Shown piece by piece: positions 48,274 through 59,462 of a stretch of 64,000 bases of DNA. The position numbers and the translations under genes are program-made. The number at the start of each line of letters is the position of its first letter. Position 1 is the stretch's first letter. Under the pieces are notes generated by a model, which was not told where the DNA came from, did not search any database, and was given only the letters and a program-made list of their open reading frames with translations. Origin of the DNA: a virus. The DNA is taken from positions 1-64,000 of the IMG/VR virus record IMGVR_UViG_3300036800_000311. One strand, given 5' to 3'.

Positions 48274-48654
48274 ATGCTCAAGTTCACCATCCCGACGTGG
48301 CTCACCGTCATCCTCGGGCTCGTCGGAGGGATCCTGGAATACCTCAACCAGGCGAGCTTCCACCTAGCCTCGCCGTGGGGCCAGGTGATCACGTTCGGCC
48401 TCTACGCCGTCGGCGTCTTCGGGGTCTCCCCGCTGATCCACAACGCCTTCCGGAACGCGCTGCACATCTCCCCGCAGCTCGCTACGGTCATCACCATCCT
48501 CCTGACGCTCCTCGCGGCGGCGATCACGACGTTCTCGATCAGCGCCGACGTCAAGGGCGTCCTGGAGGGCATCGTCGCCTTCGCGGCGTTCGTCGGGTTC
48601 GGCCCGGCGCTCGGCGTCCTTCCTGGTCCAGCCGCCGCTCCTCCGGCGGTCTGA
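48274..48654 (+). CDS. Holin-like 4-TM protein
   Basis: Four hydrophobic segments; located in the lysis cassette. Confidence 0.6.
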   Translation: MLKFTIPTWLTVILGLVGGILEYLNQASFHLASPWGQVITFGLYAVGVFGVSPLIHNAFRNALHISPQLATVITILLTLLAAAITTFSISADVKGVLEGIVAFAAFVGFGPALGVLPGPAAAPPAV

Positions 48655-48655
48655 G

Positions 48656-49288
48656 GTGGGGAACGCACTGAACACGTTCTCCCTCGGGGACCTCGCGGAG
48701 TACACGACTGAGGGCTCGTTTGGCCCGGACGACAGTCCGGACGGTCGCCTGTTCCTCGTCGGCCGCGACGATATCCACGGGGTCCTGACCCATCTGTACT
48801 CTCGCGTCTCGCTCTCGATCGAGGCGACGATGTTTGGGTTCGACGACGACGAGCTGAACCAGATCATCTGGTCGAAGGTTGAGGATCCGACGATCGTCGT
48901 CGAGCAGGTCCTTGACAGCTCGCAGGCGGGCGGGGTCCACGAGAAGAAGATCCTCGCGTCCGACGCCGCCGCCGACCCGGAGAGGTACGCGGCGGACTTC
49001 GTGATCATGCGGTCCGACTCGGGGCAGATCGTCCACACCAAGGGCGGCGTCCTCGACGGGGTGGTCGGGTACGAGGGGTCGACGAACTGGTCGGCCTCCG
49101 GCGAGGGCACTGGCATCGGCCTCCACGGGGCGGCAAACGCGCTGGGGTTCAAGGCGCAGGAGAACACGCTCTTCGTCTTTACGAACCGCGTCCTGATCGC
49201 CAAGCTCAGCGCCCGAATCCGCTACACGGCGATCCAGGGACGAGCGCGAGCCGCCGCTAAGGCCGCCGCTACCCCTTCGGCTCCGTAG
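48656..49288 (+). CDS. Phospholipase D/Nuc-family protein (single HKD)
   Basis: IVHTKGGVLDG...GSTNWS...QEN. Confidence 0.85.
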   Translation: MGNALNTFSLGDLAEYTTEGSFGPDDSPDGRLFLVGRDDIHGVLTHLYSRVSLSIEATMFGFDDDELNQIIWSKVEDPTIVVEQVLDSSQAGGVHEKKILASDAAADPERYAADFVIMRSDSGQIVHTKGGVLDGVVGYEGSTNWSASGEGTGIGLHGAANALGFKAQENTLFVFTNRVLIAKLSARIRYTAIQGRARAAAKAAATPSAP

Positions 49289-49382
49289 TCCCGGAGCCCT
49301 CAGAGCCTGGGGGGCGTGACACCCCTCCGGGATGGGCAATGGTCGACCTCGTTGTCGGCCAGCCTCTCCTCCCTCGGCCATC

Positions 49383-49417
49383 GGGCCGTCGGGTTCCTCG
49401 GAACTCGGCGGCCCTTT
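49383..49417 (+). terminator. Intrinsic terminator ending the late arm
   Basis: Long GC stem (with G-U pairs) followed by TTT, between convergent arms. Confidence 0.6.
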
Positions 49418-49477
49418 GGTCGTTCTAGGGGCGATACGCGCGACGGCTAGCTAGTAGCCCCGGCGGAGCCGGGCTTC

Positions 49478-49849
49478 CTACTCGCTCCCCTGGTGATCGC
49501 TATGGTCGCGTGCACCCTCGCGGACGCCAGCGGCTGGCGTCTGCTCGCGTAGGTCTGTGAGGATCGGCCTGGTCACCCGGCGGACGGGCGGGTGGCGCCA
49601 GAGCGTCCGTAGTCCCCAGGCCGAGCCGTACGCGATCGCCGCGACGCCCACGAGCGCGAACGGGCCGAGCCAGATCGGTAGCACCCAGTGCAGGGGCGAG
49701 TGAACCCAGGCGGCGCCCGTGTCGGTTCCGTGTCGATTATGCGTTCGCCAGACCAACCCGACGATGAAGGTGGCCAGGAGGCCGCCCACGAACCAGACCG
49801 CCGCGAGGTTCGCGAAGAAGGCCCTGTTGACCTCCCAGCCGCGCCTCAT
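49478..49849 (-). CDS. Membrane protein
   Basis: Two TM segments; ATGA coupling. Confidence 0.55.
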   Translation of the reverse strand: MRRGWEVNRAFFANLAAVWFVGGLLATFIVGLVWRTHNRHGTDTGAAWVHSPLHWVLPIWLGPFALVGVAAIAYGSAWGLRTLWRHPPVRRVTRPILTDLREQTPAAGVREGARDHSDHQGSE

Positions 49850-50250
49850 GCGGTGTACGGCTGGCTGTAGACGTAGATCGCCCGCCAGCCTCCGTAGTAG
49901 ACCTCGCCGGGGGACGCGGCGATCCGGTACGTGTGCCCGGAGTACATCGCGAACAGCGGGACGGCCGTCGTCGGGTTCGCGGTGCTCACGCCGGAGGACT
50001 GGCACGAGCCGGAGATCGTGTACCAGTTCCCGTTCGCGTTGTAGACCTGACCGCAGGCCGTGACGGCCTTGTAGAGGTTGTACTGGGAGCCTCCGCAGCT
50101 CACCCCGGCGTAGTTGCTGGCGCCGATCTCGGCGGTCGCGGAGCAGTTGAGGCCGCTGAACTGGGTCGTGGTCGCGGACGCGGTGGACGCCAGGGCGAGC
50201 GCGGCGACGAGCGCCAGGGCGAGGATGGTGATGCGGCGTGCGTGGGGCAT
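49846..50250 (-). CDS. Secreted Cys-containing protein
   Basis: Signal peptide ending ASA; GAAGGG RBS. Confidence 0.6.
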   Translation of the reverse strand: MPHARRITILALALVAALALASTASATTTQFSGLNCSATAEIGASNYAGVSCGGSQYNLYKAVTACGQVYNANGNWYTISGSCQSSGVSTANPTTAVPLFAMYSGHTYRIAASPGEVYYGGWRAIYVYSQPYTA

Positions 50251-50324
50251 GGGTCGTTTCCCTTCTAGTTGGGTTGGCGGGGAGGAAGGTCCGACAGGGA
50301 ACCGCAACATACGAGCCTGAGAAG

Positions 50325-53300
50325 TCACGACAGCCACTCTCCGACGAGCCTTGATTCAATCGTCGGGCCCTCCATGAGCGCGGGCACCTTCGCAGTCTCT
50401 TCCCCCCACACATCGGCGTTCGTGATACCGCCGCAGCCGCACTCATAGCCTGGACAGCAGGCGTAGTCGTCAGGATCATCGCCGGTGGGTTCCTGGATCC
50501 GGCCTTGGAGGATGAGCGCCCAGCGCTCGGCGCCCTGGCGCGTCTGGTAGATCTTCGCCTTGCGGCGCTGGCCTTCGCGCCGCCAGACCACCCGGAACTC
50601 CCGACCGCTGACGGGCATGACCTTGACTCGCTCCACGCTACCTCCGAGCACCGGCTCCTGGGGCTCGTCGTGCGCGTTCCACTGGCCGACCGCCGCGCTG
50701 CCGATGTGCACTCGCCAAAGCGTCCATCCCTCTTGCGCGCGGTTCGTCACGGGGTCCTCCGGTCCGGCGGAGAAAGAAGCGCGCTCACCATTCCAACCCC
50801 ATCGCCGTCGCCTCCGGCCGCCACTTCTCAACGAGACGATCCAGCGCTTCGGGATCCGTGTCGCGTAACGCTTCGATCGTCACTTGTAACAGGCCTCTGA
50901 TACCTTCGCGGCCCGCCCTCTGGACCCGCTCCCGATCGTCGATCAGCATCAGTCTCATCGCCTCCCAGGTAGCCAAGAGCGCCAGCTCGTCGGAGGACGG
51001 TGAGAGCCGAGCACTGGCTAGAACGGCCCAGGCGTGGGCGACGCTGCTCGGATCACGGTCTGCTCCCGGCCGCGGCGTCATCGCGGCACCGCCGCAGTCC
51101 ACCCGGCCGCCTCGGCCCGCTCACGCCGCAGCCTCACCGCAGCCGCAGCCTTCACAACGTACCCCTCACTCCACGTACGCGCCACTCCCGCTCCTGCGGG
51201 GTCGGAGACCCTGGGGTCTCCTTGCTCGCCGCGCGGACGCCCTGCCCGAACGGCCGGAGGTTCTCGACGGCGTCGCGCTCGGACAACTCTGGGAGGAGCC
51301 GGGGGCGGAGGATGCCCGCGAGCAGCCTCACGGCCGGGTTACCGTCATCGAGTTGCTGTGGAGGTAGGCGTCTATCCGCGCCGCGGCTCGCTGGCCGTCG
51401 ACGGTCAGGGAGAGGCGACGGTCCTCCCAGGGCCGCTCGCGGTCCTCCGCGACGACGCGGACGTACCCGGCACGCTCCAGTCGCGTGATCACCCGGCGGA
51501 CGCGCCGCTCCGTCATCGCGCCCCCCGGCCCGCGCGGAGGAGGTCGACGGGGCAGTGGTGGCACCTCGCGCCGCGGAGCTCCGGGTGGCGGACGTTGTCG
51601 CCGTCGCGGCAGCCGGAGCATCCCACCCGCCGGGTGGCGGGCGTCAGGGCGAGACGAACGCCGTGAGCATCGACGTAGGCGCGGGTGGCCGCGTCGCGCT
51701 CTGGTCCGATGGGGAACCGCGAGATGTACTCGTCGTAGCGCTCCGAGGTTTGGGTGCTCATCGCCGGTCTCCGTAGCGGTAGTAGACGAACCCCCAGCAG
51801 ATCGCCGCGAAGCCCTCGGCGGCGGCGAGCCACTCCCACCACGGGGTGGTTCCGACGAGCCGCCAGGTCTCGAGGCCGCGCGTGGACCCGATCACCCACC
51901 AGACGAGGATCAGGGTCATCCAGGCCCCCGCGAGGACGGGCAGCGGCATTCCGTCGAGGAGCCAGGTCGTCGCGCACCAGCTCACGAAGAATCCCAGGAG
52001 GAGGAGCGCGGTCATCGCTCCGCCTCCTGGTCGTACGGGCCGGGACGGTCCTCCGTCCGCCAGCCGCGAGCGGCCTCCCAGGCCATCCAGGCGAGCCCGA
52101 GGAGCGGGACGGAGAGGAGCGCCGAGGTGACCAGAGCGGTCACGACTCGTCCCGCCTGCGGGACCGCTGGAAGTGCCGCCACGAGAAGTACCCGTAGGCT
52201 CCGCTCGAGAACGATACAAATGCCAAGGTGACGACGATGACTACCGAGGGAATAGACATCGCGCAGACCAGGTCGCTCACCGCCGCCGTCCAACCGGCAA
52301 CCGAAGCCGCTAGGTATGCCCGCGTCTCCGGACCCCACGGCTTGCGGCGCCAGGTGCGAATGCGCGGGAGGGTGACGAAGCGGGTCATCAGTTCGTCGGC
52401 CAGAGCACGACGGCCCTGGCCCCATCGGGTTCGTCGTAGACTTCCTCGCCGGAGAAGCCCCGGGCGCGAAGCTCGTCCGTCAGGTGGTGCAGGTGAACCT
52501 CACCGCTCCACGTTGTCTCGGGGACGTAGACGTTGTTCTCGCCCGCGGCCTCGCTGAGGGGCGAGAAGTCATTGCCCTCGCCGTCCTTGGACATCACGAC
52601 GGGATAGTCCGGGTCGCACTCGCCGAGTGCGGTGATGAGCTCGCGGACGGTCATCGCTTCGCGCCGATCCGCGTCGGGGAGGACGGCTCAGGCCAGAACG
52701 CGCAGGCGCAGGAGATCGCGTCAGGCTCGTCCGAGTAGAGCGCCTTGAACAGGGCCAGCGCGCGAGTCTTCGCCGTGTCGCCGTTGACGCCGCGGACGTA
52801 GGACCCGTCGCCGTTCTCCGCCCAGAGGACGACGCGATCATCGACGCGCCGCTCGTGAAGGACCCAGCCCCCGTCTCCGAGGACGACGAGTAGGCCCAGC
52901 CAGCCCTCGTCCCCCGTCTCCTCGAGGTCGGCCGGGGTGCAGGGAAACGGCGAGTGAGGCGGGTTCCGCTCCTCCCGCTGGCGCTGAACGGCCCAGCGGT
53001 AGCGGCGATCCACGGGTGGGCCGAGGATGTCGTCGTAGTCGCTCATCGCGCCTCCCCCGGGCCGATCGGGAGGTCGCAGATCGCCCGGAGGAGCGCCGTC
53101 AGGGCCGCTCCGTCCGCGATGTTCGTCCTCGTGTGCTCCATGACGTAGTCGCAGGAGTGGATGCTCCCAGGGCGGAGGTCGAAGGGGTAGGAGAAGTCGC
53201 TCGTGGCTCCGTTGACCTTGGAGACGAGGACCTGGCCCCGATGCGGGTTTCCGTGCCGGTCGTACGACCCCGAGGGCACGTACCAGTGTCCGTGGGGTGG

Positions 53301-55287
53301 GTTGACGCTCGAGCTGAGCTGGACCATCCAGAGCGACGGCACGAACACGAGGGCGTAGGCCGTCCCGTTGTCGGGCTGGTAGGAGAGGCCGCACGGAGGC
53401 CCTGCGCAGCCCTCCCCCAGGTGGTCCGCGATCATCCTTCCGGCCTGGCGGACGTAGTCAAGGTCCAGCCTCTCGACCTGGCCCTCGTAGGTGTCCAGGG
53501 CGCTCATCCCTCGGCCCTCCGGATCTCCGTCTCGCCGGAGCGGAGCTCCCAGACGCCGAGGTCGGCGACCAGGCGGCGGAGGTCGGCCGTGCGGACCGCC
53601 CGCGTCTCGCCGGAGACGTGCCACTCCGGGAGCATCGGACCGTCGTACGGGGGAATCATCGTCCACACGCCCAGGGACTGGTCCAGGAAGAGGACGTCCG
53701 TCGTCGGGTCGTAGCCGCGGTCCGCGCGCCTCCCCTCGATGATCGTCAGCGACGGAGCCTTCCCGGCGCGCTCGACCGTCGCCTTCGTCCCGGCGGGACG
53801 AAGGCGAGCGGAGTCCGCAACGACCTCCCCGTCGTGGCCGAGGACGACCATCCGGCCGTCGGGGCAGGAGACCGTCATCCGGTCCTCCTGCGGTCCGACG
53901 TTCGGCGTGATCCGGACCTGCTCGTCGTACGCGCTGGCGATTCGGTCCGCCTCCGCGCGCTGCTCGTCAGTGGCTGGCATCTCTCTCCTCGGTAGTGATC
54001 TTCTCGATGTCCTCGAACTCGTACGGGGCGTCCTCGTCCCACGGACCCGTCGCGAGCCAGCGGCCGGTGTAGCGGCCCTCGACGCCGTCGTCGAAGCGGA
54101 CCGTGACCCGCGGCGGGATATCGACGGGTTGGCCCTTGTCTCCGTCGTCTACGTTCGGGTCGCTGATCGAGAGGATCGTCCCGCACGCCTCCGCCTCGGA
54201 GAGCGGCTTGCCCGCGAGCGTGAAGACGGGATGTTCGTCGAGGTTCGCGTCGCTCCACGGCCAGCCCGCCATCGCGACGCGATCCCCCTCCGAGATCTCG
54301 GTGCCCTTGGCGTCCACGTAGGTCTCGGTCATGGGGTCACCGTCGCCCGCTGGGCCTGATTCAGCGCGTAGGCCGCGCCGAGGCCCTCGTGATGGAGCGG
54401 ATCGTCAACCCAGACGAGTTCGTAGCCGTCGGGGTAGTGCTCCGCGAAGCGTCGTCGCTTCTCCTGACCCGGCCCGCTCACCGGACCGAGAGGTTCGACG
54501 TAGCCGATGTCCATTCGGGCGAAGCCGTCGGAGCTGGAGCAGTGCTGACCGAGGCAAGCGCCGTCCTCCGCGAGGGCGACAGACATCACCCACTCGGTCC
54601 CCGCGCCGGAGTTGATCCAGCAGTAGATCCTCGGGGCGGTCATCGCAACACCTCCACGGTCCCGTCGGCGAAGACCTCCCAGGTCATCACCGAGTGGTCG
54701 CTGCCGCTGCGGACGGAAGAGTCCTCGCGGTCCTGGATCGGCTCGGTGACGCGCAGGTCCACGAACGCGCGGGTGTCAACGACGAGGGTACTGCCGTCCT
54801 GGTGGTAGCGCCTGGGGTGGGCGCCCAGTCCGGCGCGCTGACCCGGATAGCGGCTCTGGGCGATGGTCGAGCGGGCGTGGTCGACGGCCTCCTGCCAGGT
54901 TCCGAAGCGCTCCCCGATCGTGTAGTGGGTCGGGACCGTGAAGTAGACCGCCTCGACGAGGGTAGCCGGGTGGGTGATCGCGGTGGACATCACGCGATCC
55001 TCCGGCACCCGTCGCGGTACAGGACGTCGACCCGGGCGTACTCACCCGGCGGGCAGTCCGCGCGCCAGCGCCTGGCCATCTCCAGCGCCTGGCCGTACGC
55101 GGCGTAGTAGGGCCGCGAGGCGGACCCGACGCTCGGCACCTTCTCGCGTCTGGAAGTCGATACCGATCTCGACCCAGTGGTATCCGTTCGTCGTGACGGA
55201 TACGCGGTAGACGAGATCGTGATCGTCGCTGTCCAGATCAAGGTAGTGACGTTGCTCGTTGATCCTGGTTTCAATGGTGGCGGTCAT
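50325..55287 (-). other. Operon of about 15 small coupled hypothetical genes (approx. 50325-50831, 50785-51081, 51328-51516 winged-HTH, 51513-51761, 51758-52015, 52012-52143, 52140-52388, 52388-52654, 52651-53046, 53043-53507, 53504-53980, 53967-54332, 54329-54643, 54640-54990, 54990-55287)
   Basis: Chain of ATGA/GTGA overlaps with GC3 bias on the - strand; typical phage early region. Confidence 0.65.
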
Positions 55288-55325
55288 GCTGGGCTCCTCG
55301 TGGTAGGTGGAGGGGAACTAGCGGC

Positions 55326-55363
55326 AGTATACTACCTATCCGGGCGGCGAGGGTTTTTCTTTT
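55326..55363 (-). promoter_or_regulatory. Probable early promoter (TATACT with A-rich upstream element)
   Basis: AGTATACT and an upstream AAAAGAAAAA tract on the - strand, ahead of GAGGAG and ATG 55287. Confidence 0.5.
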
Positions 55364-55513
55364 CGACCGCCGCGCGGTACGCTTCTCCCCGATGCTCCGC
55401 TACGCCTCAGCCCCGAAGGTCGGCCACGCGAGGGAGAACCTCGCGGGACTCGGGCTGGGCTACTCGCGGACAAGCGACCAGATCACGCCCGAGACCTAGT
55501 CCGGAGAGTCCCG

Positions 55514-56599
55514 ATGACCGCTCTCCGCGCCAAGGCGGACGAGCGGAAGGCAGGCGCTCGAACCCGCGAAGACATCACCGACGCCCTCCGGGAGTACGGT
55601 CGCCGGTACGGGCCGCACTTCACGCAGGCGAGTTTCAACCCGTCGACGGCCCGCTGGCAGGACCGCGAGGACCTCGTCCCGATCTACTACGCGGGGCGCC
55701 TCGACGGATCTCCGTGGCCGTCGCTGAACGGCATCAAGGGCGTCTTCGGGTCGTTCAGCGCCGCGCGGGTCGCCGCGGGATTCGAGCCGAACCGGCCGGG
55801 ACCGTCCGCGCGTCGCCCCGCGGGGGAGCATCGCCCCGTCCGCAACGTCCGGGTCGAGCGCGTCTACGTCCAGACCGACGCCCGGAGGGACGCCGACTCC
55901 GCGGTCCGCCGGGCGCAGGAGCGCGCCCTCGCGGCCGAGCGCCGAGCGGAGGTCGCCGTCGAGCGGATGCGCCGCGCCGAGGTCGCCCCCGTCGTCCGAG
56001 AGAAGATCGTCAAGGTCGCGGACGGCCGCCCGGAGGCTCGCCTCCAGGCGCGACTCGACGCGGAGAAGACCAAGCGTCGGGAGACGGAGAAGGCCCTGCG
56101 CGCGCTGACCCGCGAGCGGGACCGGCCCGTACCGGCGCCAGAGGTCCCCAGGGACGCCCTCGCGGCCCAGGACGCCCTGCGCGCCGAGCGGGAGACCCGT
56201 AGGCTCGCCGGGCGACTGGAGACGGCAGAGGAGCGCGTGGCGTCCCTGACCCGAGAGGTCGAGGGGCTCCGCTCCCGGCTGGCGATCCTCGCGGAGGGCG
56301 CGATGGAGGCCGACCTCGTTCGTCGGGCCGAGGCGCGAGCCGAGGCCGCGGATGCGCGAGCGGACGCCGCGGAGCGTGAGATGACGACGATGGGCGCCGT
56401 GGTGACCGGCCAAGCTCGGAGGCTGACCGCCGCGGAGATGGAGTCCCTCCGGCGCTCAGGCCCAGCCGGTGAGGTCGTACTCGCCCGCGCTCTCCGGCGA
56501 CTCGCCCGCGCTCGAGCGGAGGGCAACGGCGGGCTGGACCTCGCGCTGATGGAGATCGCCTCCGCGGCGGTGAGCTGGCGTGATCGCCTCCGGCCGTGA
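55514..56599 (+). CDS. Protein with N-terminal homing-endonuclease-associated-repeat-like domain and coiled coil
   Basis: [12 protein letters not shown]...[22 protein letters not shown]. Confidence 0.55.
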   Translation: MTALRAKADERKAGARTREDITDALREYGRRYGPHFTQASFNPSTARWQDREDLVPIYYAGRLDGSPWPSLNGIKGVFGSFSAARVAAGFEPNRPGPSARRPAGEHRPVRNVRVERVYVQTDARRDADSAVRRAQERALAAERRAEVAVERMRRAEVAPVVREKIVKVADGRPEARLQARLDAEKTKRRETEKALRALTRERDRPVPAPEVPRDALAAQDALRAERETRRLAGRLETAEERVASLTREVEGLRSRLAILAEGAMEADLVRRAEARAEAADARADAAEREMTTMGAVVTGQARRLTAAEMESLRRSGPAGEVVLARALRRLARARAEGNGGLDLALMEIASAAVSWRDRLRP

Positions 56600-56972
56600 C
56601 GACTTCGAGAAGCACGGCCTGAGGCGCTGGCTCTCGGATCACCCGGGGCACCCCCTCGGCCCTGGGTATCCGATGGGGAGGACCCTCCGCGAGGAGGTCT
56701 TCCACGAGCCGACGCAGGCCTGGCGCGGAGAGTCGCACCTGATGGCCTGGGAGCGGATCATCCGGGCGGATCCGTGCTCGTACTGCGGCGCGGAGGCGGG
56801 CACGATCGACCACGTCGAGCCGCGATCTCGTCCCGTCCGCGGACTCGGGGGAGCTCACTCCTGGGCGAACGTCGTCGCCGCGTGCGAGTCGTGCAACGGC
56901 AGGAAGGCCACGCGGTCGCTGCTGACGTTCCTCCGGATCCGCGTCGTCTCCGCGCCCCGGACGACTACGTGA
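56580..56972 (+). CDS. HNH endonuclease
   Basis: [14 protein letters not shown]...[13 protein letters not shown]. Confidence 0.85.
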   Translation: MIASGRDDFEKHGLRRWLSDHPGHPLGPGYPMGRTLREEVFHEPTQAWRGESHLMAWERIIRADPCSYCGAEAGTIDHVEPRSRPVRGLGGAHSWANVVAACESCNGRKATRSLLTFLRIRVVSAPRTTT

Positions 56973-57681
56973 GGACGAGGTTGCAGTCCCAGTCGTGCTT
57001 GATCGCGTACCGCTCGTCATGGTCCCCGACCACGGCGACCTCGTACCCGAGCGAGCGGACATCGTCCAGCACCCTCTCGGGATCGTCGCCTAGTTGCCTG
57101 ATGTGGTACGGCGAGAACTCAAGCACGATCCTGGGCCGGTGCTCCTTGATGATGCGACCCATACCCATCAGGGCGCGGTGGTCGGATCCCTGAGCGTCGA
57201 TCTTCACCACGTCCGCCCTGTCTACCAACTCGTCCAGGGGAAGACCCATCGTCGAGAGTCCCCTGACCGGTGCGTCGTCCTCGTGATCCCACACTCGGTG
57301 GTCGCCGGAGTTGTGAACGGAGAGGGTGAGATCGAGTCGCTGAATCGAGTCGAACGCCGCGCAGTTGAATAGGGTCGCCGGGTGCGCTCGGAGGTTCCAG
57401 GCGAGGAGCCTGAAGTTCGTCGGCGAGGGCTCGATCGCCGCTACTCGCATCCCGCTCTGGGCGGCGAGCAGTGAGAACCAGCCGACGTGCGCCCCGACAT
57501 CAACAAAGACGCCTCCCGGCTTGAACCATTCGCGGAGTAGGGCGTTCTCGGCCGAGCGATACTCGCCCGCCTCACGAACCCCTGGCGTGACCCCGACCTC
57601 TTCGCGATGGCCGGGCCATCTCATCTCGCCGAGCGACGTCGATAGGGTCTCGTAGGCGAAGAGATCGGGGTCGATTATCAC
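56965..57681 (-). CDS. FkbM family methyltransferase
   Basis: [28 protein letters not shown]. Confidence 0.9.
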   Translation of the reverse strand: MIIDPDLFAYETLSTSLGEMRWPGHREEVGVTPGVREAGEYRSAENALLREWFKPGGVFVDVGAHVGWFSLLAAQSGMRVAAIEPSPTNFRLLAWNLRAHPATLFNCAAFDSIQRLDLTLSVHNSGDHRVWDHEDDAPVRGLSTMGLPLDELVDRADVVKIDAQGSDHRALMGMGRIIKEHRPRIVLEFSPYHIRQLGDDPERVLDDVRSLGYEVAVVGDHDERYAIKHDWDCNLVLT

Positions 57682-58058
57682 TACGGCGCGTCGCCCGTGC
57701 CGACGATCGTAAAGTCCTGGTGGCCGGTCGTGCTGGTGACTCTCATAATCGCCGTATACGTCCCTACACTGGGCGGCCGGAACGAGGCAAGGATGTTCAG
57801 GGTGGCGTCGGCGGGAAGGTCGTAAGGGAGGTAGTCGATACAGATCGCGACCGTAAACGGGGCCAGTTTAGTCCCGTCCTGAACGATCTCGACCCCAGTG
57901 ATAGTTACCGCCCCGCTGGCGGTGAGGACACCCGTCTGCTGCCCAGCCTGGGATCCTACGCTGTTACCTCCCTGACTGGCGAAGTCGAAGTGGTCTTCAC
58001 TGAGTTCCGTCTCTAGCGATAGATACGCCTCGGAGGCGTTGTACTGAATATCGGTCAT
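57681..58058 (-). CDS. Ig-like (ASH/choice-of-anchor D-like) domain protein
   Basis: FRPPSVGTYTAIMRVTS...IVGTG; AGGAGG RBS. Confidence 0.5.
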   Translation of the reverse strand: MTDIQYNASEAYLSLETELSEDHFDFASQGGNSVGSQAGQQTGVLTASGAVTITGVEIVQDGTKLAPFTVAICIDYLPYDLPADATLNILASFRPPSVGTYTAIMRVTSTTGHQDFTIVGTGDAP

Positions 58059-58205
58059 ACGTCTTCCTCCTTTGTTGAGTTAGAACTGAGCGCCCCGCGG
58101 GCGCGGCCGGTGATCGCGATCAGCCCTTAGTCGCTCCGCTCTCAAGTGCGGACCTGCCCGGGGCTCCGACGCGACTCCCGCGGGGCGTCGGGGGGGAAGG
58201 CTACC

Positions 58206-58781
58206 TCACGGCAGGAGGACCCCGATCCCGCCCCAGTGCCCCTCCACGGACGGATCGTAGATCTGGAAGTGGCAATAGCGCTGACGGACCTCCTCCCAGA
58301 GCGGGATCACGTTGTGGGCCTCCGTGTTCTCGTGGGGCATGGCGGTGTCGTGGATCGCGATGACGCCGCCCTTCCGCACGAGCGGCTCGTAGAGCTCGAA
58401 GTCCCGCCGGACGCCCTCGTAGGAGTGATCCCCGTCGATGAACAGGAGCCCGAGGGACTCTCCGCCGAGGACCCCCACGACGCGGTCGCGGGTCTCCGCG
58501 AGGTGCGAGTTGGCGTTGATGAGGGTGTAGTCGACGTCCGAGACGCGCTCCATCCTTCCCTCCAGGACGAAGAAGTCGACGCAGACCAGGTGGCCGGTGG
58601 CCAACTGAGACCAGACCCACATCGTCCCTCCCCGGAAGCCGCCGATCTCCAGGACGTTGCGGATCTCCCGGCCGCGGAGGAAGTCGATCAGCGTCGCCAG
58701 CTCGCGCGACTTCTGCATCGCCTTCCGCCTGCGGATGGCCCGATGGGCCATCCGCTGCGAGGCGGAGTTACGGACCGGCAT
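58206..58781 (-). CDS. Class I SAM methyltransferase (Methyltransf_24-like)
   Basis: VLEIGGFRGG, LFIDGDHSYEGVRRDF, GGVIAIHD. Confidence 0.9.
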   Translation of the reverse strand: MPVRNSASQRMAHRAIRRRKAMQKSRELATLIDFLRGREIRNVLEIGGFRGGTMWVWSQLATGHLVCVDFFVLEGRMERVSDVDYTLINANSHLAETRDRVVGVLGGESLGLLFIDGDHSYEGVRRDFELYEPLVRKGGVIAIHDTAMPHENTEAHNVIPLWEEVRQRYCHFQIYDPSVEGHWGGIGVLLP

Positions 58782-59336
58782 CTACGCCTTGCAGACCCAC
58801 TGGCCCGCGCCGGACCCACCGGCCCAGATCCGAGCGGCGACCGCGTCCTGCTCGGACTTCGGGGCGAGGTACGCGCCCGAGCCAGAGCCGCCGTAGGACG
58901 CCCAGGTCGAAGGGATGATCTGGTAGTAGCCGGACGCGCCCGCCCCGTTCGGAGGGAGGTTCTCCCCGTGCGACTCGCACATCACGATCGCCAGGGGTAT
59001 CGCCCAGTCGCCATAGGGGAGCGGCGGTCGCCTACGTGCCCTCCAGGCCGCGTGCAGCGTCCGCCAGAGCCTTCCGGCGGACCTCGGGGTACTAGGGGGT
59101 CGCTGGCAGCGCGCCATCCGGTGGAGCGCCGCGTAGCTGCCCCGCCGTGGGAGACGAGCGCCGCGGTAGACGATCCGCGCGGCTCGTCGGAACTGCCCGA
59201 GGGTGAAGGTGCGCTCGCAGGAGTGGCGCGAGACCACCCCGACCTGCCGTGCCGACGCGAGCCCCGCGTCGAGGGTCGTCGGAGCGAGTCCGACTGAGAT
59301 GAGGGCGACGGCCGACGCCCGCCTGAGAGACTGCAT
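58782..59336 (-). CDS. Resuscitation-promoting-factor-like transglycosylase, secreted
   Basis: IVMCESHG...GYYQIIPSTWASYGG...APKSEQDAVAARI...QWVC; hydrophobic N-terminus. Confidence 0.85.
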   Translation of the reverse strand: MQSLRRASAVALISVGLAPTTLDAGLASARQVGVVSRHSCERTFTLGQFRRAARIVYRGARLPRRGSYAALHRMARCQRPPSTPRSAGRLWRTLHAAWRARRRPPLPYGDWAIPLAIVMCESHGENLPPNGAGASGYYQIIPSTWASYGGSGSGAYLAPKSEQDAVAARIWAGGSGAGQWVCKA

Positions 59337-59462
59337 GAGTTCGCTCTCGTCCTGCGACCGTTACCGTCGCGGCGTGACTACCGCTAGCTCCCCCTCTCAC
59401 CGGGAGCCGGACGCAGACCGGGGGCTCGCCTCCTTTGCGTGGGGGACCAGAAGGCGCGAAGG

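Noticed and set aside
49289-49470. Possible tRNA or att site between the convergent arms
   Set aside because: No cloverleaf or T-loop consensus; the hairpins are explained as terminators; no integrase in the window
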